Assembly: GCA_008632985.1 (NCBI GenBank)
Contig: QPGO01000218.1
Span: forward strand, 1-64,000
Origin: Psammoneis japonica
Taxonomy: Eukaryota
Reading direction: 5' to 3'
DNA: 64,000 nt
The translations under genes were made by a program, and so were the position numbers. The notes beneath the pieces are model-generated. The model was not told the origin of the DNA. It saw only the letters and a program-made list of their open reading frames with translations, and made no database searches. Position 1 is the stretch's first letter, and each line of letters opens with the position of its first letter. Below, one piece after another: positions 52,099 to 64,000 of this stretch.

Positions 52099-52301
52099 GC
52101 AGCTGCTGAAAGAACAAGCCGTTCTCTGGTTTCGTCTCGCAGCCCACATTATCTCTAGTAGGATTTTACTTTAAAAAAAAAAACTAGAGACATGTTTCGG
52201 AAAGACAACAAGCAGAACCTTACACTACTGATTCTAACCAGTGTACGAGTATAATGTAGAACACAAGCCCAGCTCACTCACAACTTATATCTAAATCGCT
52301 A

Positions 52302-54485
52302 CTACGAAAACACCTTGCCGTTGTTGTCCTTTAGGAATTTAGAAACAGCGTGATCTTTACCGTGAGTTTGGTGAGCCAAGGAAAGAGGGCTTTGTCCACT
52401 ACGAGTCCTTGAGTTGACATCCGCGCCCTTTTCCAAGAGGAATTTCATGACATCCAAGTGGCCGCCACGCACAGCTTCATGGAGTGGCGTCCATCCATTG
52501 GAATCTTTGATGTTGGCTAATCGCGGGTTTGCTTTCACGGATTCCTCGAGTTCTCGCAGGTCGCCGTCCATAGCATAGCGATGGGCAGTCGTCGATCCTG
52601 CAGCATTTGCTTCTGTTTTCATGACCTGCAGAGGAAAATTGTATGAGTTGCGTCAATACACAAAGGAACAACAACATTCTGCAAGATTCAGTCAGGAAAT
52701 GCAGCTTACTTGGTGTCCGTTCGGATTGTTTCGGCGCCAGTTCGCTTCTTCTGGCGATCCTGGAATGATGTACGGGGGTAGGTCAGAGCTACCGTATTCA
52801 AGATCACCATCAATTGGACCCAAAGGTTCAAAATGAACAAAGACGTTTGCCTTAGTTTTTTCCGAGGTGTATATAGAAGTCCAAGGATGAGCAGAGGGTA
52901 AGCGTCTCCCACGCAAAGTTTCGAAAGCAACTCAGCCGCGTCCACTTACCATAAATCGCCCCTTGAGAGGGAATGGACGACCATGTAGGATAGAATGGCT
53001 TTCATATAGCACGAGGTCACCTAGAGGGATTTTACGCAAGTTGGTGAGCCGACGATGCCTTCAAAAACGAACAAAGCACACACACACACACACACACACA
53101 ACAACAACAACGACAACAGCACACTCCAAGAGCTCACCTGGCTCCATCGTTACATTATAAGCCTTTCCATCGTGCCCAATCACTTCTAAAGGCCATGGTT
53201 CTAGAGGATTTTACAGGAAATGCAAGTTGGTGAGCCGACGATGACCTCAAAACGCACAAGCAAACATAACAAGAGCACATTAGACGGCAGTTTTGCAGTC
53301 ACTACGCGCACCATCAACGTCCTAAGAGCAGAATGGATTGAATGAGATACAAAGATAATACACAGAGAAGGCATGCAAGACTGGAAAGGGAGTAAAACAC
53401 ACCTGGTCCACATTGATAATTGCGCTGCTCACAAGGGGAAGCCTGTCAACGTGTGGTGCAAGGACGGCTCCCTCCTTGTAGACTCGAATACCATAAAGAG
53501 AACACTCCGCAAGCGCGTTCCCGGTCCATTCTGAAATGGTGTCGCGAGCAGCATTCCAGATATGATGCTTCAAAGCATAGCCTCCACCTTCTAGACTCGT
53601 ATCCTCGACATTCACCATCGCTGGGTAAATCTTCCAATGATTTGTGTATGTGTTACTAATTTTTTTGTGCCGAAGAAAACAGAGCAAACCGTTGAAAAGA
53701 ATGTAACGTGAAAAGATGAGTGCAGTATGTAAATATGTGGAAGATTGAGACTTGTGTGAATTCTATTTTGCGGAGAGTGATTCGTTTTCCATTTTAACCC
53801 CAAGCAAATAATACGTACCCTGTGTGCCATCTTTCCGGCTTCTCCTTATCCTTGTTCTTTTCCCAGAAATCTTTCAACAACCGCCACACTCGGTCAGGAG
53901 CCCGAATCTTTGTGAATCCCATTTTCGTAAAATTCTGAGGTAGTAAGGCGCAAGCACGCAAGTCGTTAGCTTCAGATAGAACGCTTTGGTTTATGGTAAA
54001 AGCAAGAGACAGGCCATCACGCACTTTCATTGACTGCGGTTGCCTAAGACTCATGGCAATACGATCTTCTTCGCTCTGACGGCACAAATAGCCTTTGTCT
54101 CCGTAAAAGTCTACACATCCCTGAACAAAGTCGTCGTAGAACTTTTGCTGATCTCCAAGTGGCTGAATGGGTTGATCCTTGTGTTCTTCCAAGGATTCGT
54201 TGAGCCAGGCAAAGTTGCTATGACAACACACAGGGCGCATTGATATAAAGAGAAGAAAGGTGCTGAGATGAAGCGTCACTAGCGACACAGAAGCAAAACG
54301 AGCGGCACGGAAACTTACGCGCTCACGTTCTTATGATGCATTGGAAAGGAAATGTCCACACCGTAATCAATTACGTTCGTACAAGAACCAGCATCTAGTT
54401 CTGTGCCCCATACAGAAGCAATGTCAGAGGCAAAGGCGAATGAAGCCAAAAGAATGCCGCCGCAGCGGAAGAGAGAGGGCGTCAT
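52302..54485 (-). CDS. Secreted 2OG-Fe(II) oxygenase-like plus ankyrin protein, paralog of 28947..30572, about 8 introns
   Basis: Signal peptide, YGVDISFP, YGIRVY..APHVDRLPLVSSAIINVDQ/DVD/EPWPLEVIGHDG..EPGDLVLYESHSILHGRPFP, ankyrin DSNGWTPLHEAVRGG. Confidence 0.88.
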
Positions 54486-54954
54486 GGTCCTTGTTTCAAC
54501 TGTTTCCTGGGTAATGTGGTGTAAAAACAACCTTTAGCGTGACAGCAATCTTATGGAAGAGTTGCCTAACAACCTTTATCGTATCAAATGATAAAATGCG
54601 CCACTGTTTGGTGTTGTCATTCGCGTCGCAGGTTTTTTCAGGCTTTTGGAGGCAGCTGTCGAATGTCCAACGGTTAAAGAATGACCCATTGTAGAAATGA
54701 TACTGGCTTCTACCTCAAATGTGTCCTAAGAAAACGAATAAAATATAGGTACAGCCAGGCAGTACTGCTCGCGCGTACCAAAGGCGATGAATAACCGCAC
54801 CCACGGTGCTGGATGACGGACACGCTGACAACTCTCACTTCCTGTCAAGGGTTTCTGCGATCGCGAAGAATCATCAGCCGACTGTGAAGTCAGAAGAACT
54901 TCGCCCAAAGAATCGACCAACGATGTTCTTCGAGAGGTCGGAGTCTTGGTGACG

Positions 54955-55617
54955 ATGATAGTCTTTTTCCTTTTATTATTGCTCCTCTCGGTCGCTCATG
55001 CGGTTGATGAGGAGAAGCCGACCTTATGTGATAGAATCCAGCCCCTTCCAGAGGAATGTGCTTGCCGAGAACCTGGAAATTACAGTCTTGTTGTGGAGTG
55101 TTTGAAACCCATGAATAGCAGCTATTTCAACGACACGGTTGGGGTCAAACTTTTAGTGGAGCCATGTGATGCTGCGGGGTCCAGCATTTCGCTTGCTGTT
55201 ACCGAGTTCAATCATAATATTGATTATTCGATTGCTGGAATTCGAGCTGGGGACCAACATGAGTTTCCTATTCCTGGCCTCAGTTGTAAGTGTCAGTTCA
55301 CGGGGAGGAATTATCCAATCGTTTATTGTATTATTGTTTTATTCTAATGTCGCTCGTTTCTTCTTTTCTGTTTGTTCAGTCGCCGTGCCAAGTCTCGGAA
55401 ACGTAGGTCTTGATGCGACAGTCTCGGTGTTTGGTAATCCAGACAAATTGACGCTCAAGGTTGGTCTCAACGCATGCGCTGCAGTTGGACACAAAATGGT
55501 TTGCGCTTCAGAGATTCCCGGGCTGAACAAATTCTTCCGTGGTGGATTCTGAGTGGAACCTATTCGTTTGGTGATATTTGCGGTGGAACAGTTGCCATTG
55601 TAGCAGCAGAGCAGTAA
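54955..55617 (+). CDS. Small Cys-containing secreted protein of unknown function, 2 exons, with an apparent 1-nt frameshift at about 55530
   Basis: MIVFFLLLLLLSVAHA signal peptide. Intron at about 55286-55378. One added base gives ILPWWILSGTYSFGDIC..TAA at 55617. Confidence 0.7.
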
Positions 55618-55994
55618 TTTTGTTAATAGTGCACGTAATTTATGTTTGCCTGCGAACTTTTCTGCTGGTCTCTATTTTAAAGCATACCGGTATTGCCGCT
55701 CTAGCGTATAATGTTTGATAATTTGAAACTGTTCGCGAGTCGCATCTGTAGAGAAACAACACATAAATTTACTCCAGCTGCAACAGCCAATCGAAAACAT
55801 ACTGTACCTGTGCGAATTCGAACTTGCTACCTGCCAACTCTAAGAGACTACCGTACATACCTAAGAGCAAGAAACTTTATATATTACAAGGGTAACGTGC
55901 TGTTTAAAATTCCTCTACACTAAACTACATATAATTTCAAGTCGAACCATCCCCAATGGCACGCGTTCAAACGGCGCAAGTCCGAGTAGGTCGT

Positions 55995-57513
55995 TCATCG
56001 ATTCCTCTTCAGGGTTCGCAAAAAGTCCGGAATCTCCCCTGGCTCTTCCTTGGGTGCTGCTGGCGGTGGTGCCTTTTTCTTTTGTGGTGCGGCAGGTTTG
56101 GTAGCCACCGCTGCTTCAGGAACCTTTCTGCCGCCTCCACCTCCATCCATGAGTGGCACCACATCATTGAGAGCATTGCCGTTGGCTTTGGGTGTAGCAA
56201 CATCCTTGGCTGTCTGATACTGTCCCGTGGTTTCTTCTGAGGAGAATCCCGTGGCCAATACCGTAATTGAAATGGAATCTTCCAAGGTGTCGTCCGTGAG
56301 AGCTCCAAAAATCACATTGGCATCCTTGTCGACCGTATCGTAAATGAGCTTGGCTGCGGCGTTGACCTGTGCCAGAGCGAGATTTCTACCGCCACTGACA
56401 TTGAATACAACTCCTTGTGCATTATCAATGGTTGAGTCTAACAAAGGACTCGAAATGGCAGCAGCTGCCGCGTCCGCTGCAGCAGTCTTGCCCGTTCCAA
56501 TGCCAATTCCTGTAGCAAATAATAGTGTAGGAAGTATGTGAGATGCATGGAGTGAGACACGGAACGATGGTATGATTAGAATTCCAATCAATGACTGACT
56601 CACCCATGAGAGCGGTTCCGGCATTGCTCATGACTGTCCTTACATCGGCGAAATCGACATTGATCAATCCTGGCTTGATGATAATGTCAGAAATGCCCAC
56701 AACACCTTGTCTCAGGATATCGTCGGCAACAGAGAATGCCCTTTCCATGGGAGTATCGTCCGGAATAATCTCGAGCAATCGGTCGTTGGACACAACAATG
56801 ACAGTATCGACGTGTTGTCTCAATTCTTCAATCGCCGCCCTCGCCTGCCTCATGCGTCTCTTCCCCTCAAACGAGAACGGCTTTGTCACAATTCCTACAG
56901 TCAGACACCCCGTCTCCTTGGATACCTCTGCTACAACGGGCGCCGCTCCAGATCCAGTTCCGCCTCCCATACCACTCGTCACAAAACACAAATCCGTCCC
57001 CTTGACCATGGCTGCAATCTCCTTTCGACTCTCCTCTGCCGCCATGCGTCCCACTTCAGGATTTCCACCTGCGCCCAACCCACGAGTGACAGACGCACCA
57101 ATGTTGAGTACTTTGGCTCCTCTTGCCTTGCTTCGTCCCAGAGCCTGGGCGTCCGTGTTGAGTGCCCAAAAGTCTACTCCGCCGACGGCCGTGTCCAGCA
57201 TGCGATCTACCGCGTTGCACCCACCGCCGCCCACGCCAATCACCTTGATTACGCACGGACTCATTCCTCCGTCGGGCATTATGGCTCCGTCCGGTGTGCT
57301 ATGGAGCGGCGGTGTGGAGGAAGGGCGAATACCGGTAAACTGCCAATGAGATGGGGGCTTCCAATCGGATATGGATGATGAGGATGACGACGACATGAGC
57401 GACATGGAGGTGCGACGAGGAATTACAGACGACCGTGTCACGACATAGGCGCTGCTGCTGCTGGCCAGCAACGACACTATCGATATGCTTGTTCTCAATA
57501 CTTCTTTCCACAT
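55995..57513 (-). CDS. ftsZ: Plastid division protein FtsZ, 2 exons
   Basis: Signal plus Ser-rich transit peptide (SSSA-YV). [44 protein letters not shown] and C-terminal IPDFL core. Intron at about 56512-56601. Confidence 0.96.
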
Positions 57514-58024
57514 TTTACACTTCTCAACACTGGAAACAACAACCACACAGGAACGATACAGTAACAAGCAGCAATCTTCCAACGCTTTGGGTGTTGCCAC
57601 AAAACAAGAGAAGAAAATCAGCAATGCGCTCAGATCGCTCGCCGACAGAAAAAAAATGATGGGTCGTTTGAAATCTACGACAAACATCGTATGTAGAAAA
57701 TGTACTAAATAGCCGTTAGATCAAAAGATACCCGGAAATCAATAGTTCCACTTGGAGTGCGTACAGTCTTTACATACGTGGTTTCTACGAAAGATGCAGT
57801 ACTTACCGTCTGTCCATTGCTGCTCGAAAAAACACAACACAACACGACGCATCACGCATCACACTGCTTTGAACTTGAAACTCACTGTTGTTCCGATTGA
57901 CACTGATCATACTGTACATCATAGCAACGTCTTTACAACCTGGATCCCTTTGACTGTAGCTCTCGAATCAATAAGAAACCTCAATACGTCCCATCCTTTT
58001 CAGTTCTTACACTTGATTCAAAGA

Positions 58025-59099
58025 ATGAGAAATTTGGGCTTGTTCTGCTCCTGCTGCCAAGCTGTGTGGATGGCTTTACACCGATCCAACCTCAGTCGAC
58101 CCTCTTCTCCACCATGTCTCGTACCAATCCGACACCAATCGGAAAATTACAGCTCATTCCAAATGACAGCAACGAGGAATCCGAACAACAAACAAGTTTG
58201 GTGGAACGTGTATGGAATCGACTCGACACCTTAAAAGCAGCCGGGCTCAAAACGGAAACGAATCAACCTCTGTATCAGATTGGATTCAAGAATGGTGTGA
58301 TTCTCTTTTGTCTGGCCTTTGGATACAAGTGGTATCGTGCTCGATTCATCAACAAGGTGTGTGTTTTTACAAGACAGAAACTGTCCCGTCTCCAATCAAA
58401 TGCCTGCCATACTCCTCCTCATTCTCTTGTGTCTCTCGTTCTTGATAGATTCCAGTTTGGGATCGTCAACCACAGTGGAACACGGTTGTTACAAACAAAG
58501 AACAGGAAAAAGAGCTAAAAGCGTACACATGCAAAACATGTGGATCTACCATTTTCATTGCTCGTCATCGACGATGGTACTTTGAGGGAACCTTTGGACT
58601 TGGCGGACTCGGATGTTATACGTGCGGGGCCAAGGGAAAGGACAATTTTGTCATGGACAGAGATCGCATTGTCGAGGATGTGGGCGATGAGGACGATTAT
58701 TTTGATTACGAACGACCCTTGGACTTTGTATCGGCAGCAGAAAGAAGGAAGCTTCTCAAGGAAGCTGGTGGAGATGAAGAAGCCGCCAACAAATTGCTTG
58801 TGGATCAAGCAGAAGAATCCGGGGGAGCAGAACCAGCAGAAGACTTGCCCGATTTCGCACTGAGTCAAGAGGAAGAGACGGAAGAAACCAGTGCTGATAC
58901 GATAGAAGAACCAGAGGAGGAAGAGGAGGCTGTTGAAGTTGAATCGGTAGCCGAGACAGACAGCGAGACAGAAGAGCAGCCGGAGGTTGTGCTTGAAGAA
59001 AAGATTCCGGACCCACCGGTGAAGGCATCTACCCCAAAACCAGCGGTAACTACACCACTGTCGGACGACGATATCTTCGACCTCTTGGACATGGACTAG
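58025..59099 (+). CDS. Probable plastid-targeted membrane protein with a CxxC..CxxC zinc-ribbon/rubredoxin-like motif and acidic tail
   Basis: MR(K)FGLVLLLLPSCVDG-FTP presequence needs one extra A at about 58031. TM VILFCLAFGY, intron at about 58357-58448, YTCKTCG...GCYTCG. Confidence 0.7.
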
Positions 59100-59149
59100 T
59101 ATGTAGGAATACGGTAGGGATCGTGACTCAAATAAGAAGCGTTGATCGT

Positions 59150-62100
59150 GTACGCACTCTTCGTTTCATTATCAGGACCGTGCCCTTGCTCGAATATCCG
59201 CTTTCATAACTGAAACTGCAGTGTGGATGTGGTGCGAATGCATACGTACTTGTAGAGAAGAGAGGTCAATAACTCACGTTGAAATTGCAAGTTCAGATTG
59301 GATTTGGCCAACACATTGACGTCTTCTCGGGTAGGAAACAAAGTTGCTCGTGTGTCTTGCATTCGAGATAGTCCCAGAAAACTTCAAAGATTGTGGACCA
59401 CCTTATTTCCAGTACTCTTGGGGGTCGCACAGCCAGTTCTAGCTACGCCAAGTCGGCCGCTGGTGAAAATGGCAAGTTTTGTAGGACGGCTGACCAGGTA
59501 GGGAGTCACTTGCTGCGTATTCACCATCGCCAAGGACCGCGGCGGCGAGTTACTCCTTCCGACAATATTCTTCTACTTGTTGCCCTGGCTAAGGTATTCC
59601 TTTCCCTGATACAATCGGCTTACGTCCGGTTGGTACCGCCGAACGAGCCTCGGGCAATTGTTGACGTTTCTGGAGACGAAAATGGTCAATGCCGCGAACC
59701 AACTGTCTGCCCAAAAGATTCGTCAATAATGTATATATACTACTACATCAAGCTTATTGCATTTGCTGTCGACAGGAGCTTGCTTTCGAAACATGCATGG
59801 GAGGCGTTACTTGCACCTCTAGATATCGTGTATGTGGTGGTTGTGTCAATCGGATGCTCGCCTCTTGTACAGCTTGCTCTATGGTCCGAAAGCCACACTC
59901 ACATCAACAGAGGAACCAGCTTTTCAATGTTTCGTTTTTAACTTGAAGGCCATCGCAACAATCTAATTGATAATTCAACAACGGATGATGAAGTTTGGTT
60001 TCATTTGCGGCTGATTACTATAGGAGGGGATGCTCTGCCTCTTATCAACAAACTAAACTACAATAACCACCTTTTCTTTGTTTTTGCATCGGTGGCAATC
60101 CTGAGAGATGATTCGCAGCCAATGACTGAGCGGGGTCCCTTGAGGCCGCGTGTCACCGCCACAGCCTTCAACGTTTTCTTGAGGACAAGTTCGCAACCCG
60201 ATGAAATCGTTTTGACAGGGCCTGGCTGGAGTGCAAAATTAGAACTGTGCTTGGTAGTTGTGCATGCTCACGACTGGAAACGAGACATGTCTAAAGCACC
60301 GTTCAACTCTTTTGTGATGGTTGTCATTGGAAAGTACGCTCCCATTTCCTCAGCTCGAAGAATTGTGGCCACAGTGCCAAAGCAGTTGTGTGACGGTTGG
60401 TTGGGGTGCATCTCATGGCAAGTTGAGCTGAGAGTGCTTGCAAAGACACAAAAATGGAAGGAATGTTGATTCCCACTTCCAGCAGTGACAAGCCAGACTT
60501 TTAAAACAAAAGCAAGGCAAGGTGCAGAAACACGCAACAATCATGAGACATGGGCTCCATGTTGCACTCAGTTTTTGGAGCGCCCCATCTGTCCAATCCA
60601 TGAAAGGGTCAGATTGGGGTTCTTAGCCATGGGCAAGAAGGCCACATTTTTTCTCCAGCTGGGCAAAGAACCTTTGTGCATTCCCACGGAGCTCCATGCA
60701 ATGGGTACAATGGCCAAGATCTGCTCCTGGTTGTTGTCTGCAGGAGAGCGTGTGCACCCAATCTTGAGCTGCAACACTTTGAGAGCTTTCGCAGACAATG
60801 TAAAAAGCAGATGCTGTGCTTTTGCAGACCTGTCATGTCTTGATGAACGTTCTTGTTGTTGCAGCCCTGGCACAGCTTGATGCAAAAGTTGGAGAGGCAC
60901 AGGAGAGACTTGGTTTGAAGTTGTGGCTCAGCCACTGTTCAAGTCACTCATGTTGCTCTGCAAAAAGTCTCCTGTTTGACCCAAAAACTCCCAAAACCAT
61001 TTGAGAGTTGCAAGAAAAATGATTTTTGTTCTTGCTCACAAAAGGCTTCACTTTAAGAGCCCCCAATCTTTGTGTTTTCAAGCTGTGCCACCCAAGTGTT
61101 TTTTCTGGAGTTGTGTGTTGATTTGAAGTGACTCCAAAGTCTTCACAAAATCTGTGCTTGATTGCCCCAAACAGCCTCCCAGCTGCAGTGTCTGTGCAAT
61201 GTCAACTGCTCATGATGCTTGCATTGTGCCTCACTGCATTTGTCAACCAACATGACCATCTTGGCCAAGTCAACTGGGTGGGCTTGGTCATCTGGGGGAA
61301 AACAACTTCAAGTCCAAAGATGGCCACTGGAGTGGTTGCTCTGAGCATCACAGATGGCAAATGTGTTGCCCGATTTGTCCTTGAACAAAGTCTCTCAGCA
61401 AGATTTTTAAAAGTGAGCTGGAGGTGCAGCAAGCTCACTTGAGCTGCAGCACAGATTTGCAGCCTGGCCTGACATGTCACACACACACGTGCTTTGCATG
61501 CTGCTTTGGCCTTTCTGGGGCTTTTGTTCCATGGGACACCCCCCGGGTGTTGAGAACTTTGTCACAGTTGATTGTGTGCCAACTTGACAAGGTGATTTGG
61601 AGAACTCAGTGTGAAATTTTTACAAGCTTTGTCTTTGCCAAAGCCATCACATGGCCAATGTTGCACTTGCCCATCTCATCATTTTTGTCTGGCATCTCAC
61701 CCACCCCTTTGGTTTGAGTTGTTTTGGGGCTTGTTCAAAGAAAAGCCTCTTGGGTTTCAAATTTTTGTCACATGCAGCTGAAAGTTTGGTTCCCAGCTTG
61801 GGTGACAGGACCATCATGATGTGCCCCAGCATGCTCTGCATTGTTGTGTGAGCAACAGCTCCTAGAATCAAATGCAGCCTTTGAGTCAGAAAGCTCTTTC
61901 ACATCATGGTGTCTCTTCTGTGCACACACATGTGGGCCAGTGGCTTGACATCACTTGAATCTTGTTGAGACAAAGAGCTTGTGCAATCATGGGTGCTCTG
62001 ACAAAAAATGCACAAGCTTCCACCCCAGCAGCACCAGAGAACATGCTGGGGTTTCTGCAAGCAGAGCTGGGGGACAGCCGGGCACAGAGACGGTGTCGCA

Positions 62101-62380
62101 GCTGATGCTCTGTGAGCAAACATTGCTCCCACCTTTGTTGCACTCTACACAACCATGGCCTACACTGTTGTGTTGTGCTTCAAGCCATTGTGCCAAACAT
62201 TGCCACTGTGTTCTGAGCCACCTTGCTGGTCTCCAGGGGCAGGAAGGAGCAGGCACCCCCACCAGGCAGACAAGTGGCTCTGGGGCATTGGGGGCAGTTC
62301 ATCTTGACACTTGACAACCATGCATGATGACTCCACAGCATCATGTTGCTTGGAACAGCATAGAGTGACAACAACAGTGT
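59150..62380 (-). mobile_element. Possible highly decayed Helitron-like (PIF1 helicase-bearing) element
   Basis: Fragmentary minus-strand peptides YIIDES.GQ (about 59730), GSFGG (about 59640), LFPTREDVN (about 59330) and RHCSWEAVW (about 61180). No intact frame. Confidence 0.35.
60350..62380. other. TpA-depleted block 3
   Basis: Same CpA/TpG-rich, TpA-poor and CpG-poor signature. Normal composition resumes at about 62450. Confidence 0.8.
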
Positions 62381-62861
62381 GGTTGGAAGCATGAGACGAG
62401 CTGGGGAAGCAAAAACACACCAACCGACAATGGGAAAACCAAGAGAAGAATTCAACTAATCATGACACACTTCTGCGCCTACAATCCTAGCTTTTTGTTT
62501 TTGTTTTGGGCTTACCCTGTTGGATGGCTTGGAATGATGAAGCAGCAGCTGTCGGATCTCACGCCTCACCGTACTCCAACTCAAACAGAAAAGTATTTCT
62601 TTGTATTGCTGTCGTCGGTTATCTCAACGGGTTGTGATTTTGCACATCACGGACCCAAAACCATCTGTACGGTAGACCTACTTAGCAGGTAGTCACTAGT
62701 GCATAGTATTGCAACAACTATGCCACCATCGAAGCGCAATTCAAAAAGTAGGAACGGATGCATGATGTTATACTCTATCAAACGATCCTTAGTTCAAGCT
62801 GCTGCAATAAGTTATGGTATCCTTTCTCGACCTCCGAATCAGTCACGAGCTGATGATTCGT

Positions 62862-64000
62862 TCACTGGAAAGCGTCTGGCTCATCCGTGAAGAGCGATCC
62901 AGGTTTTGAGTCAACGGCTTCAGCACCCCCTGTACCATCATCGTCGTCAAGCATTTCCTCGCGCGGAATCGAATCCATGTCTTTTTCAGTAGCGGTCGAG
63001 GTCCCAGTAGCAAACATGCTTTGTAATGACTTCTTAGTGTTGAGCCGCTTCGTCTCGGCACTTACAAAGAATTTAAGCAAATTGCAGCGCTCCGCGTGAT
63101 CTTTGGCCTCAAGTATCTTTTGCATAGTCAAGGTTTGTTCAAGTAAAAGGGGTTTCATTTCTATCGCCATTCGCTTCTGCAGCTCTTGGATCTCTTGCTG
63201 GAGCGCAGGTGACAGCTCTTGAAACCCAATCGCACTAGAGTCAAGAAGTTACAAAGAGAAATAAGCAAAGAAAACACTTCACGTGACAACACTATAACGC
63301 CGTATCATGCACCTACCTTGGAAGCTCTTCGTCCTTCAGGCCCTTTTCCTTCGTTAGGAACTCAGCCAGTTTCTCTTGAAAATCACGCTGCAATTCATTC
63401 TGTCTTGAAACAAGACGCTGCTCTGCGTAGCTTTGCCAAAGCCGGATGGTGTGCCACAGACCATCAGATCCAGCTCCGGGTTTCAAGGCCAATGCATCGA
63501 CGCTAGCACGAGTAAAGCGAACATCTTCTTCCAGTTCATGCTGAATTTCTACCAATTCGGCAAAAGCGTCTCGGAGGGCCTTCTCTTCTTTGGAGAAAGA
63601 TTTTCCCGCAGCTTTAACGACAGCTCCATAGACATCATTAGAATGTCAGACGACGCTTCTTCTTCCGTTGCATCCTTTGTGTCATCTGTGATTGTTCCTT
63701 CCACTTTTAGATAAGTATCCCGCGATTCCCATGCTTCAGGGTTCAAAATTCGGTGTAGCTTCACCCGCCCAGTAACTTTATGATTGCATATATACTTAAT
63801 TTGATCCTCCGTTTGCTCGCTTACTTCCTTTAAGTCCTCCAGCTCGAAGAGCACTCCAGTTTCCGCAAATCGTCCAGATTCTGTAGGATGTGACATGGAT
63901 ACACAAACCGCTTGTTCCGTTCATAAGAATATCAGTATACATCTGCGGTATCGCGGCTCGAAAATGTTCAGAACGTGTTGCGAGTTTGGGGTGTAAACAA
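62862..64000 (-). CDS. Lon protease N-terminal (substrate-binding) domain protein, 5'-partial, with several apparent 1-nt indels
   Basis: HVLNIFEPRYR.MY.DILMNGT.RFV, GVLFELEDLKEVSEQT, LVEIQHELEEDVRF, TLTMQKILEA. Intron at about 63235-63315. Confidence 0.75.

Overview
Eukaryotic nuclear DNA, most likely a pennate diatom. This is inferred from ASAFAP-type plastid presequences, short GT-AG introns and diatom-typical gene families. Compact gene islands (1-10.3 kb, 28.9-37.3 kb, 49.8-59.1 kb, 62.9-64 kb) encode HCF136/Ycf48, a fused aconitase X, an HLTF/Rad5-like SNF2 protein, two secreted 2OG-Fe(II)-like/ankyrin paralogs, an RluA pseudouridine synthase, a DDX60-like helicase, an LRR membrane protein, plastid FtsZ and a Lon-N-domain protein. 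Between them lie three transposon-derived blocks (about 10.5-28.8, 37.7-49.5 and 60.3-62.4 kb) that are almost devoid of TpA and very rich in CpA/TpG. The main finding comes from the two 367-bp LTRs of one Gypsy element. They differ at 30 positions by my hand alignment, all transitions, and 26 fall at TpA-derived sites (TA to TG or CA), while all 20 CpGs are intact. A neighbouring LINE ORF has lost almost every Tyr to Cys/His. This points to a repeat-targeted, strand-symmetric A:T to G:C hypermutation at TpA, the mirror image of fungal RIP. No responsible enzyme is recognisable in the window. A sequencing artefact caused by modified bases must be excluded, because the assembly has several 1-nt indels in conserved genes.
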